From assembly GCA_001687465.1 (NCBI GenBank), contig LVLI01001199.1, positions 1 through 50,030 on the forward strand: DNA of 50,030 nt, given 5' to 3'. The translations under genes and the position numbers were made by a program. The DNA is from Halocafeteria seosinensis. Lineage: Eukaryota. The notes beneath the pieces were generated by a model that was not told the origin of the DNA, did no database searches, and saw only the letters and a list, made by a program, of their open reading frames with translations. Shown piece by piece: positions 22,537-35,656 of the stretch; the first letter of the stretch is position 1, and the number at the start of each line of letters is the position of its first letter.

Positions 22537-22905
22537 TTCTCACAACTTCGTCTTGTTGTCTTGAACTCTTTCCTCTTGAGATAATTATCACCGATAATTC
22601 ACATTTTCACTCTGCTGCGTTGTTTATATGCCTTGGGTTTTCCTGCGCGGAAGCACACTGTGTGCACACAGCTGGCCATATGTAACTTCCTGTCACGATT
22701 TATGTCAATCTTTTGTTTCACTTCGATTTTTCCTCTAGAGCATCATCTAGGTTGATGGCCATTAATGATGACTGCAGACGGCATGTTTGTAGGTGTCCGG
22801 AAGTTTATTTTGTCGCTAATTCGACGATTTCAGTTGTCTCTGTAGCAGTGGTTTAGCCCACAGGGGAATTCGCGTAGTGCGTTGTTGAAACTTTTAGAGA
22901 GGATA

Positions 22906-24759
22906 ATGGCTTCCGATCCCTCCCATACGGCATATCAGCCTAATTCAGGAGTTGATGACGAAGCCCAAGACGATGGACGACGGTATTGTGATAGGAGCAG
23001 CTGTAGCAGCGAAGAGGAAGCGCCTGGAGCAGCAGATGAAGACGAACGTCCCCGGGAACGCCAAAGACCGAAGAAGACGCCATCGTCATTATACCGTCAT
23101 TACGATGAGAATAGAGGGCGTTCAAGTGGACTCGGTGATTCTCATAATCACCATGATGATTTTGCGCGGGAGACTGAGTATGATTGGCTGTTTGACTACT
23201 TGTATTCTGTATTCAAAGCCCCCTCCTGGGAGAAGCCTCTTCAAGAATTCATTGACGAAAACTGCACAGTCTTCGATAATGATGATGAAAATAAGTTGGC
23301 CTATACAGAATTACATGAGGTAAGTTTGGGTAAAGATATGTTCGCGTTTACGACGCCTCCATTCATTCTGAGCGTCGTCTGGGCCTGGGGGTACAGCAAT
23401 TTAGGAGTCTAGTGGAGGATCTCTTAGAAAAACATTTGGAGCAGATTGGGATCGCTGCAGAGGATTTTGTAGAGATATGCCAGAAATGTAAGCTGATTTG
23501 AGAAAAAATTGCTCTATGGTAAATCGTTTGGACGACTTCGTTGTGTCCAAGCAGCCACGTCACCGGGATGTCGGCATTTGAACCAGCTTGTGCTAGACAA
23601 AATTGTAGCTATGGACGACTTCGAGGGTATGTGTAGCAACATTATTGCTCCCCTATGGTGGCGTTCTGTAATTTTTTTCACATTCACAGTCTTTAAACGG
23701 ATGATGCAACGGAGAAATATGGAGTTGGAGGCAGAAGCGCTGCGGGAGCTCCGGAAAATGGGCGTAGACACACACAATAACTCTGGAGACGGAGACGAAG
23801 AAGGTGCTGATTGCGGCGGCGCGCTGAAACAGACACAATCAAACATGAACATGGACGAACTTCAAGAAACAGCGGATCTTGAAGCGGCTCTTGCAAATTC
23901 ACTCCTCGAATACGATCAACAACGGGCCGAGAGCGAAATAGAAATGGCTGACCTTGAGCAAGCTATCCGACAAAGCCTGGCATACGACGAAGAGCGCCTG
24001 GAATCCCTCCATGAAGCTGCACGACAGCCACAACAGGATGCTGCGGAGCAACAAAGGATTCAGGAAGAGATACGGAGCACCGAGGAAAACATCAGTCAAG
24101 CAAGAGCGGCCATTGAGGAGCATCAAGAGGAAATGAAGAATATGGAAAGCAACGCGAATGCAGCAAAAGCTAACGCCTTGGAAACCTCCGGCAAGGATAC
24201 GGATGCCTTACTTAAAGAGCGCACCGAACATTTGAAACGACAACGGGAAATGTTGCGCGCCCGTAGAGGAGGTACCAATGAACAGTCCGCGCAGGCTTCT
24301 GCTCCAGTGCAGGTGGCTCCCCAACAGCCTCCACCAGAAAGGGATATCCACGCGACGGTGGCCGCAATCAAGCACAGAGGTGAAGCAGGACGCGAAGCAG
24401 GATCCGCAACCTCTGTTAGCACGCCGAAGCAAATGCCTGCCTCTGATAAAGACGACAGATTTCGTAACGCTCTCGCAGCGTCAGCAAAGCATTACCTGAG
24501 TGAAAAACCAAAGTAAGTAGAGATTCATCTTTCTGATGACGTGCCATTTCCTGTATATCCTCAACGTCGATGGTACAGAAAACACGGCGAGCAACCGGAA
24601 CCTTCTCAAGATACGAGCAATCCCTACGCTGATCATCTCCAGCAGGCTAGAGAGAGGAGGAAAAGCTCTCAAGAATCAGTCGCAAAGCGACTGGCTGAGT
24701 TGTCAGCCGCGCGGGCCAAGCGAATGCAAGACACGGCCCCCTCAGAAGACGAAGGTTAA
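22906..24759 (+). CDS. CFAP36: Cilia/flagella-associated protein 36 (ARL2-binding BART domain), multi-exon
   Basis: WEKPLQEFIDENCTVFDNDDENKLAYTELHE|QFRSLVEDLLEKHLEQIG...AMDDFE|VFKRMMQRRNMELEAEAL, followed by coiled coil. Confidence 0.85.
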
Positions 24760-24792
24760 TGTATTCCCTTAATTCTCCTGTAAAAAGACCTC

Positions 24793-26550
24793 TTATGGGT
24801 AATGAAGTATATGGGATAATGATTCGTCGAAGTGAGGAAGAGTCCACTGGTCCACCTTTTCTTTGGCCTTGCTACCCCGCGTTTCGAGGGTTTCAACTGT
24901 ATGTCTCTTGTTTTGTTCTAGACGAGAAAGGATCTGGTCTGCGACACTCTCTAGGGATGCACTCCAGTCAACCCCGAAGCTTTCATTGCATTCCGGTTTG
25001 AGTAATTCCGCGACTCCCACTGTTGGTGCTTCTTGAGGCAGGTGATCCGTGGGTCCGTCAAGCAAGGAGGCATTGAGTGGGAAAATCGCCCCTGCGAATT
25101 TCTCTATCTTATTCTCGGCTTGGGCGCATTTTAACATCTTGCGTGTCTCGACCACGGGAGAGTGTACAACACTTGGTGCTCCAAAATATGCGCTTTCAGC
25201 AACTGTCATCCCAAAGGCATCCGAAGTTGGAGGATGGAGATTCAAAATCGTTCTATTAAATATTTCTTTCAACCGACTCGGAGGAACGAAATGGCGAATA
25301 ATGATGGCATCATCTCCCCATACAGATTGGAGTGTCTGAATCGTTTGTTTTGCGTAGTCTGAGCGATCTTCTTCCCTACCAGGAGCGCAGAGTAGTGGGC
25401 GGAGACTGGACTGTGTCATGAAGCCTCTCATGGCGTTAACAGTTTCTACGCACTCTTGCGAACGCTTTTCTGGTGATAATCTGACGCAGCATGTTACCAA
25501 GCACCTCGACTGGTGGTCAGGGCATACCTTCTTCACAATCTCGAGAGGATCGTCTTGAGGATCACCCTGTTTTGTAGCGTCTAGGTCAGTTCGAAGTGGG
25601 GGCATCAGTACGCCATAATTTGTCCGGCTCTGATACGAATGAACCTTATCACTATTTTCTTGTAGACCTTGGAAAGATTGTTGAATGTGTTTGAGTTTCG
25701 TAGATAGTAGGTCTTTCGCAGTATTCGTATCTCCACTATGACCCATTCTGTGCGACATGGTTTCCAAGTAGTACGCATCCCTCTTCGATAATGCTATGAC
25801 CTTGTTCGCCATTGAGCTCGCAGAACTCTCTACCAGACGGAAGAAGTCTCTAACGGACGTGTTGGAATGCAATTCCACCGACTGGCTGAACACACGGAAG
25901 TTCATGTATACTTTGGAGGGAATGCTTGCCATCGCAAATGGAAACTCTTTCTCCAGCGCAGCCAAGAGCAGGGCTCCATGCCAGTCCACGGCGATCACCG
26001 CATCAAATGGCGATACTCTATGGGAAGGTATACTCTCACCATTGGGAGCCACTTCGGCCTGCTGTCGTTGCTTCTTCAGCAGCGTCCTTCTAAGGAACTG
26101 GAACACTCGAGAATCCTGTTTCCAGGCTGTTGCCGCGTATTGTTCCCATCCACTCGTATGGTCCAGTTTATACCAGTTCCACGGGTCCACTGGAATGGTA
26201 ATCACTTGATGCTGCGCCCAGGGGTGAGCCTTCTCCTCCTGCAGAAGATCGGACAAAGACCGTAAAGACTCTGCCTCCGGCACATCCTTGGGTCGCGCCG
26301 AAATGGTGACGGTGCTGATTCCTAAGCGTTTAAGACTGCGCACAATTGTCCGTGAGAGAACTCCATTCCCTGAAAAGACGGGATCCACGAACTCGTACGA
26401 CAGAACGAGCACCTTGTGGATCTGGGTACTGCCTTCACCATTGCCACTGCTGGTGGAACCATGAACCTGGGGAATCAGCACTGTCACCAAACCTATCAAC
26501 AGTGTTGTCAGAAGTGCTACATTCATACTAGTCGTAGTACCACCGTGCAT
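24793..26550 (-). CDS. Glycosyltransferase, GT-B fold (GT4-like), with N-terminal signal/anchor peptide
   Basis: Uninterrupted ORF with hydrophobic N-terminus (VALLTTLLIGLVTVLIP), FSGNGV loop, RLSPEK and DAFGMTVAESAYFGAP (GT4 E/DxFGxxxxE motif). Confidence 0.8.
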   Translation of the reverse strand: MHGGTTTSMNVALLTTLLIGLVTVLIPQVHGSTSSGNGEGSTQIHKVLVLSYEFVDPVFSGNGVLSRTIVRSLKRLGISTVTISARPKDVPEAESLRSLSDLLQEEKAHPWAQHQVITIPVDPWNWYKLDHTSGWEQYAATAWKQDSRVFQFLRRTLLKKQRQQAEVAPNGESIPSHRVSPFDAVIAVDWHGALLLAALEKEFPFAMASIPSKVYMNFRVFSQSVELHSNTSVRDFFRLVESSASSMANKVIALSKRDAYYLETMSHRMGHSGDTNTAKDLLSTKLKHIQQSFQGLQENSDKVHSYQSRTNYGVLMPPLRTDLDATKQGDPQDDPLEIVKKVCPDHQSRCLVTCCVRLSPEKRSQECVETVNAMRGFMTQSSLRPLLCAPGREEDRSDYAKQTIQTLQSVWGDDAIIIRHFVPPSRLKEIFNRTILNLHPPTSDAFGMTVAESAYFGAPSVVHSPVVETRKMLKCAQAENKIEKFAGAIFPLNASLLDGPTDHLPQEAPTVGVAELLKPECNESFGVDWSASLESVADQILSRLEQNKRHTVETLETRGSKAKEKVDQWTLPHFDESLSHILHYP

Positions 26551-26745
26551 TGCCGTTGAAAGCAACTAGCTAAGTCTATGGAAGCGTAAACTACCTACCA
26601 GTCAATACACTACGAAAACGACGATCTACTTGGTTGACTTTTGTCGGCAGCGACAGCAGTTCGCAACTTGAGTCGCAAGTTACATCAAGATCTCCCAGAA
26701 GTGTGTATAGACCCACCTGAAAAAATTCGGCACCCATGAAGTTGT

Positions 26746-29049
26746 TTACACCAGTGGACAGGACATCTCATCCATCAAGGCGTCTATCCTATCTTGAACG
26801 CAAGCGAACCCTAAGGTAGAGCCGTTGATTCTCGTGATCAAGTGTAGCCCGTCCTTGTCCATCGTCGAAGGAGACACAGCAAGAGTAGTATCACCTGTGG
26901 ATGATGCATAGCTGTTTGCTTGATGCTTGGGTACGAATTTAAAATCATCTGGAACCGGGCCTAGCAACATCTCGCTTATTTTAACCCAGTCCTCAGCCCT
27001 TCTGCTCGACAGCAGTGTTTCTAAGTCGTCTCTCCCAACGAATGATGGAGGTCGATCATTCAGACGCTGTGGTAGACGTTCCATCAGCCCAACGGGCACA
27101 TATCGGCAAAGGAAGCTTAGCCATTCAAGAAGAAACCTTCTTGTCTTACTGACGCCTTTCTCGTCTGAGCCCCAGTGGTCCAGTCCAAACTTAACGAAGT
27201 CCTTCAATATTTCAAATCTGCACTAATGACAGCAACGTCTAGGTGTAAACATGAGCCGCGTTAAACCTTCCTATATTTTAGTCTACGTCTACCGCACCTT
27301 TCTTTGCTGCTAATGTCCCAAGTTTTCTGTTCCTTAATCTCGGTTGGCAACCAGGGCTTGATAAGTGCACCTGCAAAATCTCGTGTATGTACATCATCCC
27401 TCGTTTTACGAAAAAGCTAAAGCAGTGGTATAACACACCTCGGGCAAGCATATTTGTCGTAGTCCCAGCGTATTGTTGATTGGCGTACCAGTCTTCCCAG
27501 TTGAGAACGTCGCCGTTTCCAATAAGCGGCATTGGCGGAATAACTTCTGTAGTACACTCAACTGCCGTGAATAGACATATGATCATATCATTAGTTATGT
27601 GCAACATACCTCCATTGATTTCCATGTGCTCATTTGCAACGTCAACTACCGAGCTGATGTAGTCCCAATCAGCCCTCTTTGTATATCGAGCAGCACGTGA
27701 TCTCCCATGAAGCGCGCACGCTGATACCACATTCCAACCGCGAACTTTTCTCAATAGTTTCTGTGCGAGAGGTTTGTTCCTATCTAGACCGGTCCTAAAT
27801 TTTAATGTCAACGGGCATGAAAGAATATCTGACATAGTCTCGCATATCTCTTGCAACCTTGCCTGTCTATCCATCAAGGATGCACCCATTCCTTTGTTGC
27901 AGACCATATCTAAAGGGCACTGCAGAGAATCGATATCCGTTAGCATAGATACATATGGACTCTTAAGAGCATCACTTACTCCCATGTTTATGTCCACAAA
28001 GTCAACGTTACACTCGTTTTCTATAACTTCGGCAGTCCTTCCCATGGTATCAGCATGGCTTCCCGCTATCTGTACTCCGAATACGTCTTCACATGGGTGC
28101 CTTCGCAGCAAAGCCCATTCTGCTGGATTACCCTGTAGAATTCCTTTGAACATTGCCATTTCCCCGCATGTAATGTCCGCCCCTAGTTTCTTCATGACTC
28201 GTCTGAAAGGAAGATTGCCCAGGGTAGTAAGCGGGGCTACATATACTCTCTCCCTAAAATCCACGGGTTTCTTCTCGCGGTCGTTCGCGTTAACTTTGTC
28301 GCTTCCTCCAGCACTTGAAACTTGTCCAACGGCAGTAGAATTATTTACTGTCTCTGAAGACGAAGCTGAAGTTTGTGTTTCATCCACATTCTGAGACTTT
28401 ACTTGGGTGCCGTCGGCCATGCGCTTTTGACCCTTAGGCCGAACAGAATAGGTGCGAAATGGATACCTTTTCTTTCGAAGGTCGTTCTTGAGATCCACGG
28501 ATAGGATGTTTGACTCATCGGCTGCGGTTCATTATAGTCAATGACCACGTACAATTGTAACTGCACCTAAATGCTTTGATGGCGACGTACTTTGAAACAG
28601 GTTTCGGCCCTTGTGACTTGGGCCATCCTGTTGAGAAGTGTGACTGTATCCTAGTTCACTCTTTTTCCTCATTTTATTCATGCCTAATCTTCGGGGAGTC
28701 TTGTCATTGCTGGCGCTCTTTGTATCGCCACCAAGAAGAGACACTGCGATGGCGGACTATGGTATACACGACAGTGTTTTCAGGCAAGACAAGTCAATGC
28801 ACACACCTCTTCGATCTTCCATCTCTTTCAGCAAGTGTTCAGGGATTAAATACTCTTCTTTGATGGGACAGCGTCCTGAAACTGAGGCTTTGGAAGTGCA
28901 TACCACCTCCTGATCCTTGATGCGATAGACACCATCTCTAGTTGCCTGCAAGAGCAAGTACTTAATATGTCACCTGGCGATGCATCCACACAGTCGATCG
29001 ACACAACGTACCTCTTTATGAGAGTCCCCATCCGGGGTGGCATCGTCAT
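26746..29049 (-). CDS. DUS3: tRNA-dihydrouridine(47) synthase DUS3, multi-exon
   Basis: [74 protein letters not shown] and [10 protein letters not shown]. Confidence 0.93.
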
Positions 29050-29919
29050 GGAATGCCTTTGTGCCCTTCATAGAGGCTGTAGGAGTCTCTGAAGTCGTGG
29101 AGGCCATGCTTTGTGAAGCCCAATTAATTGCCGGAAATGCAGCTGTAAATCGCCAGTTGTACTAAACAGTACGAGAGTTACACACAAACCAAATAGGATT
29201 GATAACAACCAGTTTTGGGCCAAAAGAATGAAGTTCTTTGTTGTGTACGGACTAGGGGATAGTTGTGAAGTTGGGCTGAGAGATATCTCTTCAGCTACGG
29301 AACCAGTCCTCAAGCGCACCGGTTTGCTAAGTGTGAATCACAGCCTGAGGTGTTCCACACTATGAGACAAGCATTTTGAAGCTACCGCAGTGGTAGAATC
29401 GTTTATCTCGATCCGCCACAAGCAACATCCTTATCAGTATGATTTGTGTGCTACAATTTGTGGACCGTGATTCGGCAAAAATTCTCACCTCGGGAACAAA
29501 AACCGAAGGCACCCAGAGGTGTCTGTGGCTCTGGCACTGACAATATCTTCATTCCATTGAGCATTGTTCTTATATAGGACTCACTCCTGGCAAAGTCGTC
29601 CAGTGCGGTGCATTGCACTAGCTGGCTTTTCGTCGGCTATGCAACGTCAATGTGTGTCGATCCAACGGAAACATACACTCGGAGGGAGAACAGGATACGA
29701 AGCACGTTTTCGGGCGAATAACTTCCAATCGCTAAAGCGTGTATTTTCATCTTTAAGATCAAATAGCGGGCAAGCAACACTTACTCGTTCCCTTGCAAGA
29801 GGAGTCATCAATCACGTGCCACTGGTTCTGAACCTCAGGGCTTATTTGATAAAATAGCGTTGAACGGTTGGTGGGAGCAGTTTGCAAGTGTAGCACAGCC
29901 TTGCCGGCGACTTTCTGTT

Positions 29920-30768
29920 TTAGAAGTCGGCAATCAGCGCCTCTAAAGAATTTCTTCGTCTCTTCTTCCGACTCCTTCTACGTCTATTAGGGCATTTCTT
30001 CGAGGTACTTGCTTGAAGGTTCTTGTTGGTATCGTTTGCATTAGCAACTTCCCACGCTGAGAGTGGCCTTCCGTAGTTCATGTAAGGCGGGAATCTGTAA
30101 AGGAGGCGCTTTACGTGCTGCGACAGCGTCTGAGATACCCGGATAGTTGTCCTTCCAGTGTAAAGGCTATGCATGTGTGTTATGTCCTTTGCCTGTGATA
30201 CTCTTGTTTCCTGCTGTTCACAGAGGCAGGGGGTGTCAAAATACTGACGAATGTTATCAGCGGCAGCCGTGCTCTTCTGGTCTGGCGTGTAAAGCAGAGA
30301 CTTCAGTGTCGATTGCAATGAAGACCCCAGACGAACGAAGCAAATGCCGTACTTGCAGTTGACGCATACCAAGAAACCGCAATATCTTTTGCCGTTGGGA
30401 ACCAAAACTATAACGCGGTGATTTTGGATACATACTGGTTCTTTGTAGCGTTGGTAGTCGCTCAGCTTGCCAGTTTCCAAAAGCTTTTTTGCCATGTCTT
30501 TTTTTGGGATCGCATCACCGTCGTCAGACATTTCGGCTTGCCTTAATGGTTCGGAAGTGGCTGAATCTCTGTCTTCTTCTTCTTCTGCTTCCCGCTCCTC
30601 CGCGCCTTCCGCGTCTACCTCCTCACCAACGGCACCTCTGAACTCTGTAATCCAATTCCTGAGCACGGGATTATCGCAGAATGCTTGCCAGCAGACTTCC
30701 GTCTCGTCTTCGAGCTGGGGGTACTGCCCCTCGACTAGGTCAGACATGTCAGCATCCTCGGAACCCAT
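29920..30768 (-). CDS. Hypothetical protein with H-CxxC-C domain (family member B)
   Basis: 282-aa single-exon ORF with acidic N-terminus, the shared domain (HRV..P..R.CG..VCVNC...LLY...YF...C...SLYTGR...SQTLSQHV) and a basic NLS-like tail (RRRRSRKKRRR). Confidence 0.8.
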   Translation of the reverse strand: MGSEDADMSDLVEGQYPQLEDETEVCWQAFCDNPVLRNWITEFRGAVGEEVDAEGAEEREAEEEEDRDSATSEPLRQAEMSDDGDAIPKKDMAKKLLETGKLSDYQRYKEPVCIQNHRVIVLVPNGKRYCGFLVCVNCKYGICFVRLGSSLQSTLKSLLYTPDQKSTAAADNIRQYFDTPCLCEQQETRVSQAKDITHMHSLYTGRTTIRVSQTLSQHVKRLLYRFPPYMNYGRPLSAWEVANANDTNKNLQASTSKKCPNRRRRSRKKRRRNSLEALIADF

Positions 30769-33700
30769 TTTGTGGGAGCGGTGACAGGCCTATACCGTAT
30801 TACCCTAGTCTCAAGGTGCTGCTGTATAGAGTTCGTAGTATCCTTTTATTGGGATGACAGTACGGGATGCGTATAGTATCACAGCACTGAACAACGAAGC
30901 AAACAAAAAATTCCAACGGAACGTCGGCAACAGAAGCTGGTTCTCAACCAAAGCGCCGCCAGCGGACTATAAGTAACGGAGGAATACCACGCCGAGAAAT
31001 TGCTCTGCCCGCGCAAAGTGTTGAATATCTCTTCTTGGTATCAATAATATGTATGCACTGAATTCGTGCTTGTGAGTGAGCCTTTGGAGGCGCGAAGAAA
31101 AAAGCTTTACTCACAGTTGTTCTGGGTTCAATCTGCTGTTAGACGCAATCAAAAGCACTGGTGGTAACTACAGAGTTACACAAACTATTGGGGATCTCAA
31201 CCAATCTTGACGTATGTGGCGGCTACGCAGATTGTTGTTTAAACAATCCTGAATTTCTTAATGCTCTTGTTTCGAGCATTCACGTCCTAGCTCCGGGGTG
31301 CAGGAAATCATATCCATGTACCTCACGCGAGTCGCAAGCAAGGTGACTCGGTTTCCATACCCGCGTCTGGGGGATCACAGAGGGGGGCAAAAAGACTCTC
31401 GGACCGTCTCGGTCCGGTCTCGGAGCTGTAGAGATCGGGGACTGGTACGCCCGCAGCATGTCTAGCGGCGGCTATGTTACCAAGAGCCCCTTTGGCTACA
31501 CTCGGATCCCATGTATCTAGCTGAGTCCCGCGGAAGAATGGAAGGCTGGGATGTAGAGCTTCCAGGGCCTGCAGCAGAACCTGGAAACCGGTTTCACGGC
31601 CCTTTGTCCCATTCACCGAAACCTGACCCTTGAGAAAGAAGAAGCACCTTTTCCATTTAGCGTTGTTTCGACACCTCCCAATAGCATGATGGTGATATCC
31701 GCATAGAAAGGGCACATGCTACGCTGGTGTTCAAAAGTGTGAGGGACTGACCGCTCAGCCTGAAGAATTCTGCCGTTCCGGCTCCGAACGCAGAACACTG
31801 TACTGGCTTGCAAACATGCAAGTCTTATGAAGAGGTACACTGGGTTTTGGAATTTCCCCCCATTATAGAGCGTTTGCACGTGTGTCTTTTACTGAGCACC
31901 GAACTTACCCAGGCAACCTGAGGCAAGCCGGAACTCTGAAGCGCCATACAGTAGTGTATCACTACGAACAGCTGGCTTTGTTGTTAACACAATATCAAAC
32001 GAGATATGAAGCAGTCTATTTGTTGATTCCCTGTCCTTGCTACGACGGTATAAATATGGTGACACCAAGTCTTCTCAAGAGCAGCAGCCCAAGCTCAACG
32101 CCAGCTAGGCAACCGCAAGCCAGGCGAGAGTGGGATTACCAGGAAATGCTAAGACGTGGTAGAAAGAGAGAAGCTGCAGGCATGCAGTTGATCGGGATAT
32201 ATCGGATTGCAATTTGGATAGATGTTATCGTTGCCCCATGGCAAGGAAGTTTCTTCTGGAGCAGCGCCGACAGCGACCCCACACTAAAAGTTCCAGAGTA
32301 TTACCTTCCACGAACGAATCCCGAAGGAAGTTGCATGTATGAAGGCTATTAATTATCTATGGAAACACCATTGAAACAGATGGAATTGAATCTGTTGGAT
32401 TTAATGAAGCTCGTACAATTCCCAAGACGGCTGTAGCCGGTGCCGATTGACTACAATCGTTGGTTCAATTGTTTGCGAACTGATAGTCTATGTTTAATGC
32501 GCCCCAAACTTCTTTGTGTTTTCCCCAAGGTGAGGATGCCCATTGACCCATTTAAATGGATGAGGCTGCATTTCCGGGGTCACAGTACCAGTATGCGAAG
32601 ATGGGAGAATCAGATGGAGAGCCACGACAGCCCCCTTTTGTCCGGGCTAACCGTAAGATGCGTATACTTCATGAAATTTTGTCCACTTGTCAGCTACTGT
32701 GCGATACAAGTATTGCGACCAGAGGCCGGAACGTGTCCACAGTGTGAGCGCTGCACACCTGTGCATGTGTATGCTAAATCTGAGGCAGTCATTGACTACA
32801 TCAGGTCAGTGATCAGTGCACATGTGTACGATTTGACCATGACTGGTCGCAGAAACATGACAACTTACTAGAGAATTGAAAGAAGGGCAAAGGAAGCTCT
32901 GAAGAACAGCGCCAATATCCAACGCAACCCTTGTCTCTTGACCCTTGCCCCTGTGCCGCGCTTGCGAGACTGCGTGTGTGGTTTGTCGAAGCACTTCCCC
33001 AGTTGCGATCCCGGGATAATAATGTTGCCATATGACGCGGCTAGCGTGTTTGGTTTTCACATAGAGAGATGAAGTAGATATGGTACAAGCTGATGCACTC
33101 TCAGAGCTTCTATGTGACGTAATGAGTTACTGTAGTTATACCGACTCTTTCGTTCCCGTATCCCTTTGGTTCAGTAGCCAACCGCCACGTTGTCATGAAC
33201 TAACTAACTAAAGGTGTATTCTGTTCGCCCGTGGATTCCTATCGTCCATCATTTGCACAGAATATTGGGCACGTTTCAGTGTCTTCGAGGTCTCCGTCCG
33301 GACAACGTGGCTTTGCGCAACAATGATGAGCGGAAATTGACAGACACCGGCGGAGTTCATAGTTGCCACCATCTACCAGCTCTGCCTTCAGCCCGCCCAG
33401 CGAAGTACTGATAGCTCCGGCTCCTGAACTACTTCCATCGCTTGGCTTAGTTCTCCAATAGGTGCTTTTAAGGCACAACCTTGGTGATCGCAAATCGGGT
33501 GCGGGGTTAAAACATTGTGTTCCTGTTCGCGGACAGTTCTTCAGGGTTTCTTTTTCTATATTTACTGTGAAATTCCTCTTCCGGATTGTCTCACTTGCAT
33601 TACTCGGTGGTATATGTCGGAAGACCTCGGTCAGGTCCTCAGAGTTAAATTAATATGAATGATGGGTTGCAGATCTGTGGGGAGTGTTTCCCGTGCTTCG

Positions 33701-34172
33701 AAGGCGCACAAATATACAAACGTTTAATACTGATCTCACTGTAACGTAATTTTCATCCCTTTTATATCAATTGTATGCAAGGATAGGGCTTGGTTTCAGC
33801 GTAGTTGCTCCCGGGCCTCCAGCCTCAGGCTCCAGGAGTCCAGGACTCCAGGGGCTGGCGTTTGAAGCCATACTTCAACGTGCGAGTGCCAGCGGCGAGC
33901 AGTAAACGGAAACCTGTGATTAGGTATCGGATACTATTGTAGACATACCGTGTTGCAATGACTGCATGCACGTATTTTGATCAGCCGTATATATTTGCAT
34001 GTATAGAAATTGACTGCCTTGGCTAAGCGTAATCGGTGCATACACGAGATAATCGCAACAGAATTTTGGCGCGCTCGGTTCAGAGGTGTTGCATGGTTTA
34101 TGTGGTTGCATGCACCACGCAACATTCAATTATACGTGAATCGCATCATTTTGGTAAACTGCCTACTTCAAA

Positions 34173-35217
34173 ATGTATTACGGAAGAAAGGCGGAGCCCA
34201 AGGCCTCGAAAATAACCTACCAGCGTGATGTTGAACGCAACTATGAACTGCACCGAAGGCGTTTACAGAAAATCAAACCAAGCGTTGACAATAAGCCACC
34301 AAAACAGTGCAAACATTTAAGGAGAAACCTAAAGAAAGAGCAAATGCTAGAGGGTGAGTTTCGTGTATTACAATGGGGGAATTGCACTACCTAGCAACCA
34401 AAACGACTAACTAGCTGTTGGCGGACTTGCCTGCTGCAGAACGATACGCTAAGATCGAGCATGAGAACCGCGTACTGTTGCAGAAAATGTCAGAGATCAT
34501 GCAAAGCGATGGATTGGATAACATCAATGAGGAGCAACAATATGGGCACAGTATGAACAGAACGCAGAGAAAGCGGGAGCTGCAGAAAATTACCAGAGAG
34601 AACCAGGTGGGGTTATGAAGCACGATCAAAATTGGCGTGCAGACAATTTTGTTTTTGACGTATGTCGTTTTCTTATGAAAAACTGCAGCAAATACTACGG
34701 CGAATTCAACAAACGATGCCAATGTACAACCACTGGGAATGGGAACGTGACCGCGAGTATCAGGAGAGGCTCGTTAACAATATCTGCGAATACCAACCAT
34801 CCATCACCACAAAAAGTAGCTTACTTGGAGGACGAAGTAGCACAATGTCAAAGAGTAAGGGCAAAGCATAGACGATATAGGCGATGTTACCTTTATTAAC
34901 AGGAGCTGCTCACTGTGGTTACAGGTCAAGGCTCACTAGCTCAGCGTTCAAGTTTAGCGGGAATTGGGGCGTCGGTTACTTCTCAAGGAGATGGACATGG
35001 ATATTCAAGCACAGGCGGAATGCCTAAATCTGGCGGACATACCGCATCTCATGGTCAGCTTCCTTCGGGCAAGGGCGCCGGAACAGGGGGAGGTAGCCAC
35101 CAGCCGTCTAACATTTTGGGTAGTTCTTATTCTCATGGAATGTCATCATCCCACGGCATGTCCGTTTCAGCTTCGCAGCCTTCTTTATTCCAGTCAGGCA
35201 GTCAGGGTGGGACATAG
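34173..35217 (+). CDS. CFAP97/KIAA1430 (hemingway)-family axonemal protein, multi-exon
   Basis: YELHRRRLQKIKPSVDNKPP...NLKKEQMLE|ERYAKIEHENRVLLQKMSEIM...RKRELQKITRENQ|QILRRIQ...YNHWEWERD, with a Ser/Gly-rich last exon. Confidence 0.8.
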
Positions 35218-35656
35218 TGATACTGGGTACTTGTCAATACCACTTGGTACTGTTGATTGCCTCCTTGTCACTTCTAATAATGGAAGCTTAATTGTTAGGT
35301 GAGTCGGGCTTAACAGAAATACACATAAGTTGTTAGCCAAATCGTAGGGCTCACACCTTTACAGTGGTGTTATCCCCATTGGAATTGCCCACTTCTGAGT
35401 CAATGCAGCGTCGAGACGGTCACGACTGAAGGGCTTCTGTTTCAACCAAACCACGATTTAGCATACATAGAAATACCCACTATCGTATCTGTACGCTCCA
35501 GAAGAAAACGCTTGGTAGGCCCAACGTGATGTCCGTAATAAAGGAACAGATAGACTTAGAAACACGCAATAAGCGTCGCAATTACGGGTGAAGAAGTTCA
35601 GAGGGTGACACAGTACTATAGATGCAAAAAATGACCTTTGTTCCACCAACTGAGAT

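Noticed and set aside
29068..29857. ORFs 29068-29319 and 29564-29857
   Set aside because: Non-ATG starts and no motifs; probably promoter or UTR sequence.
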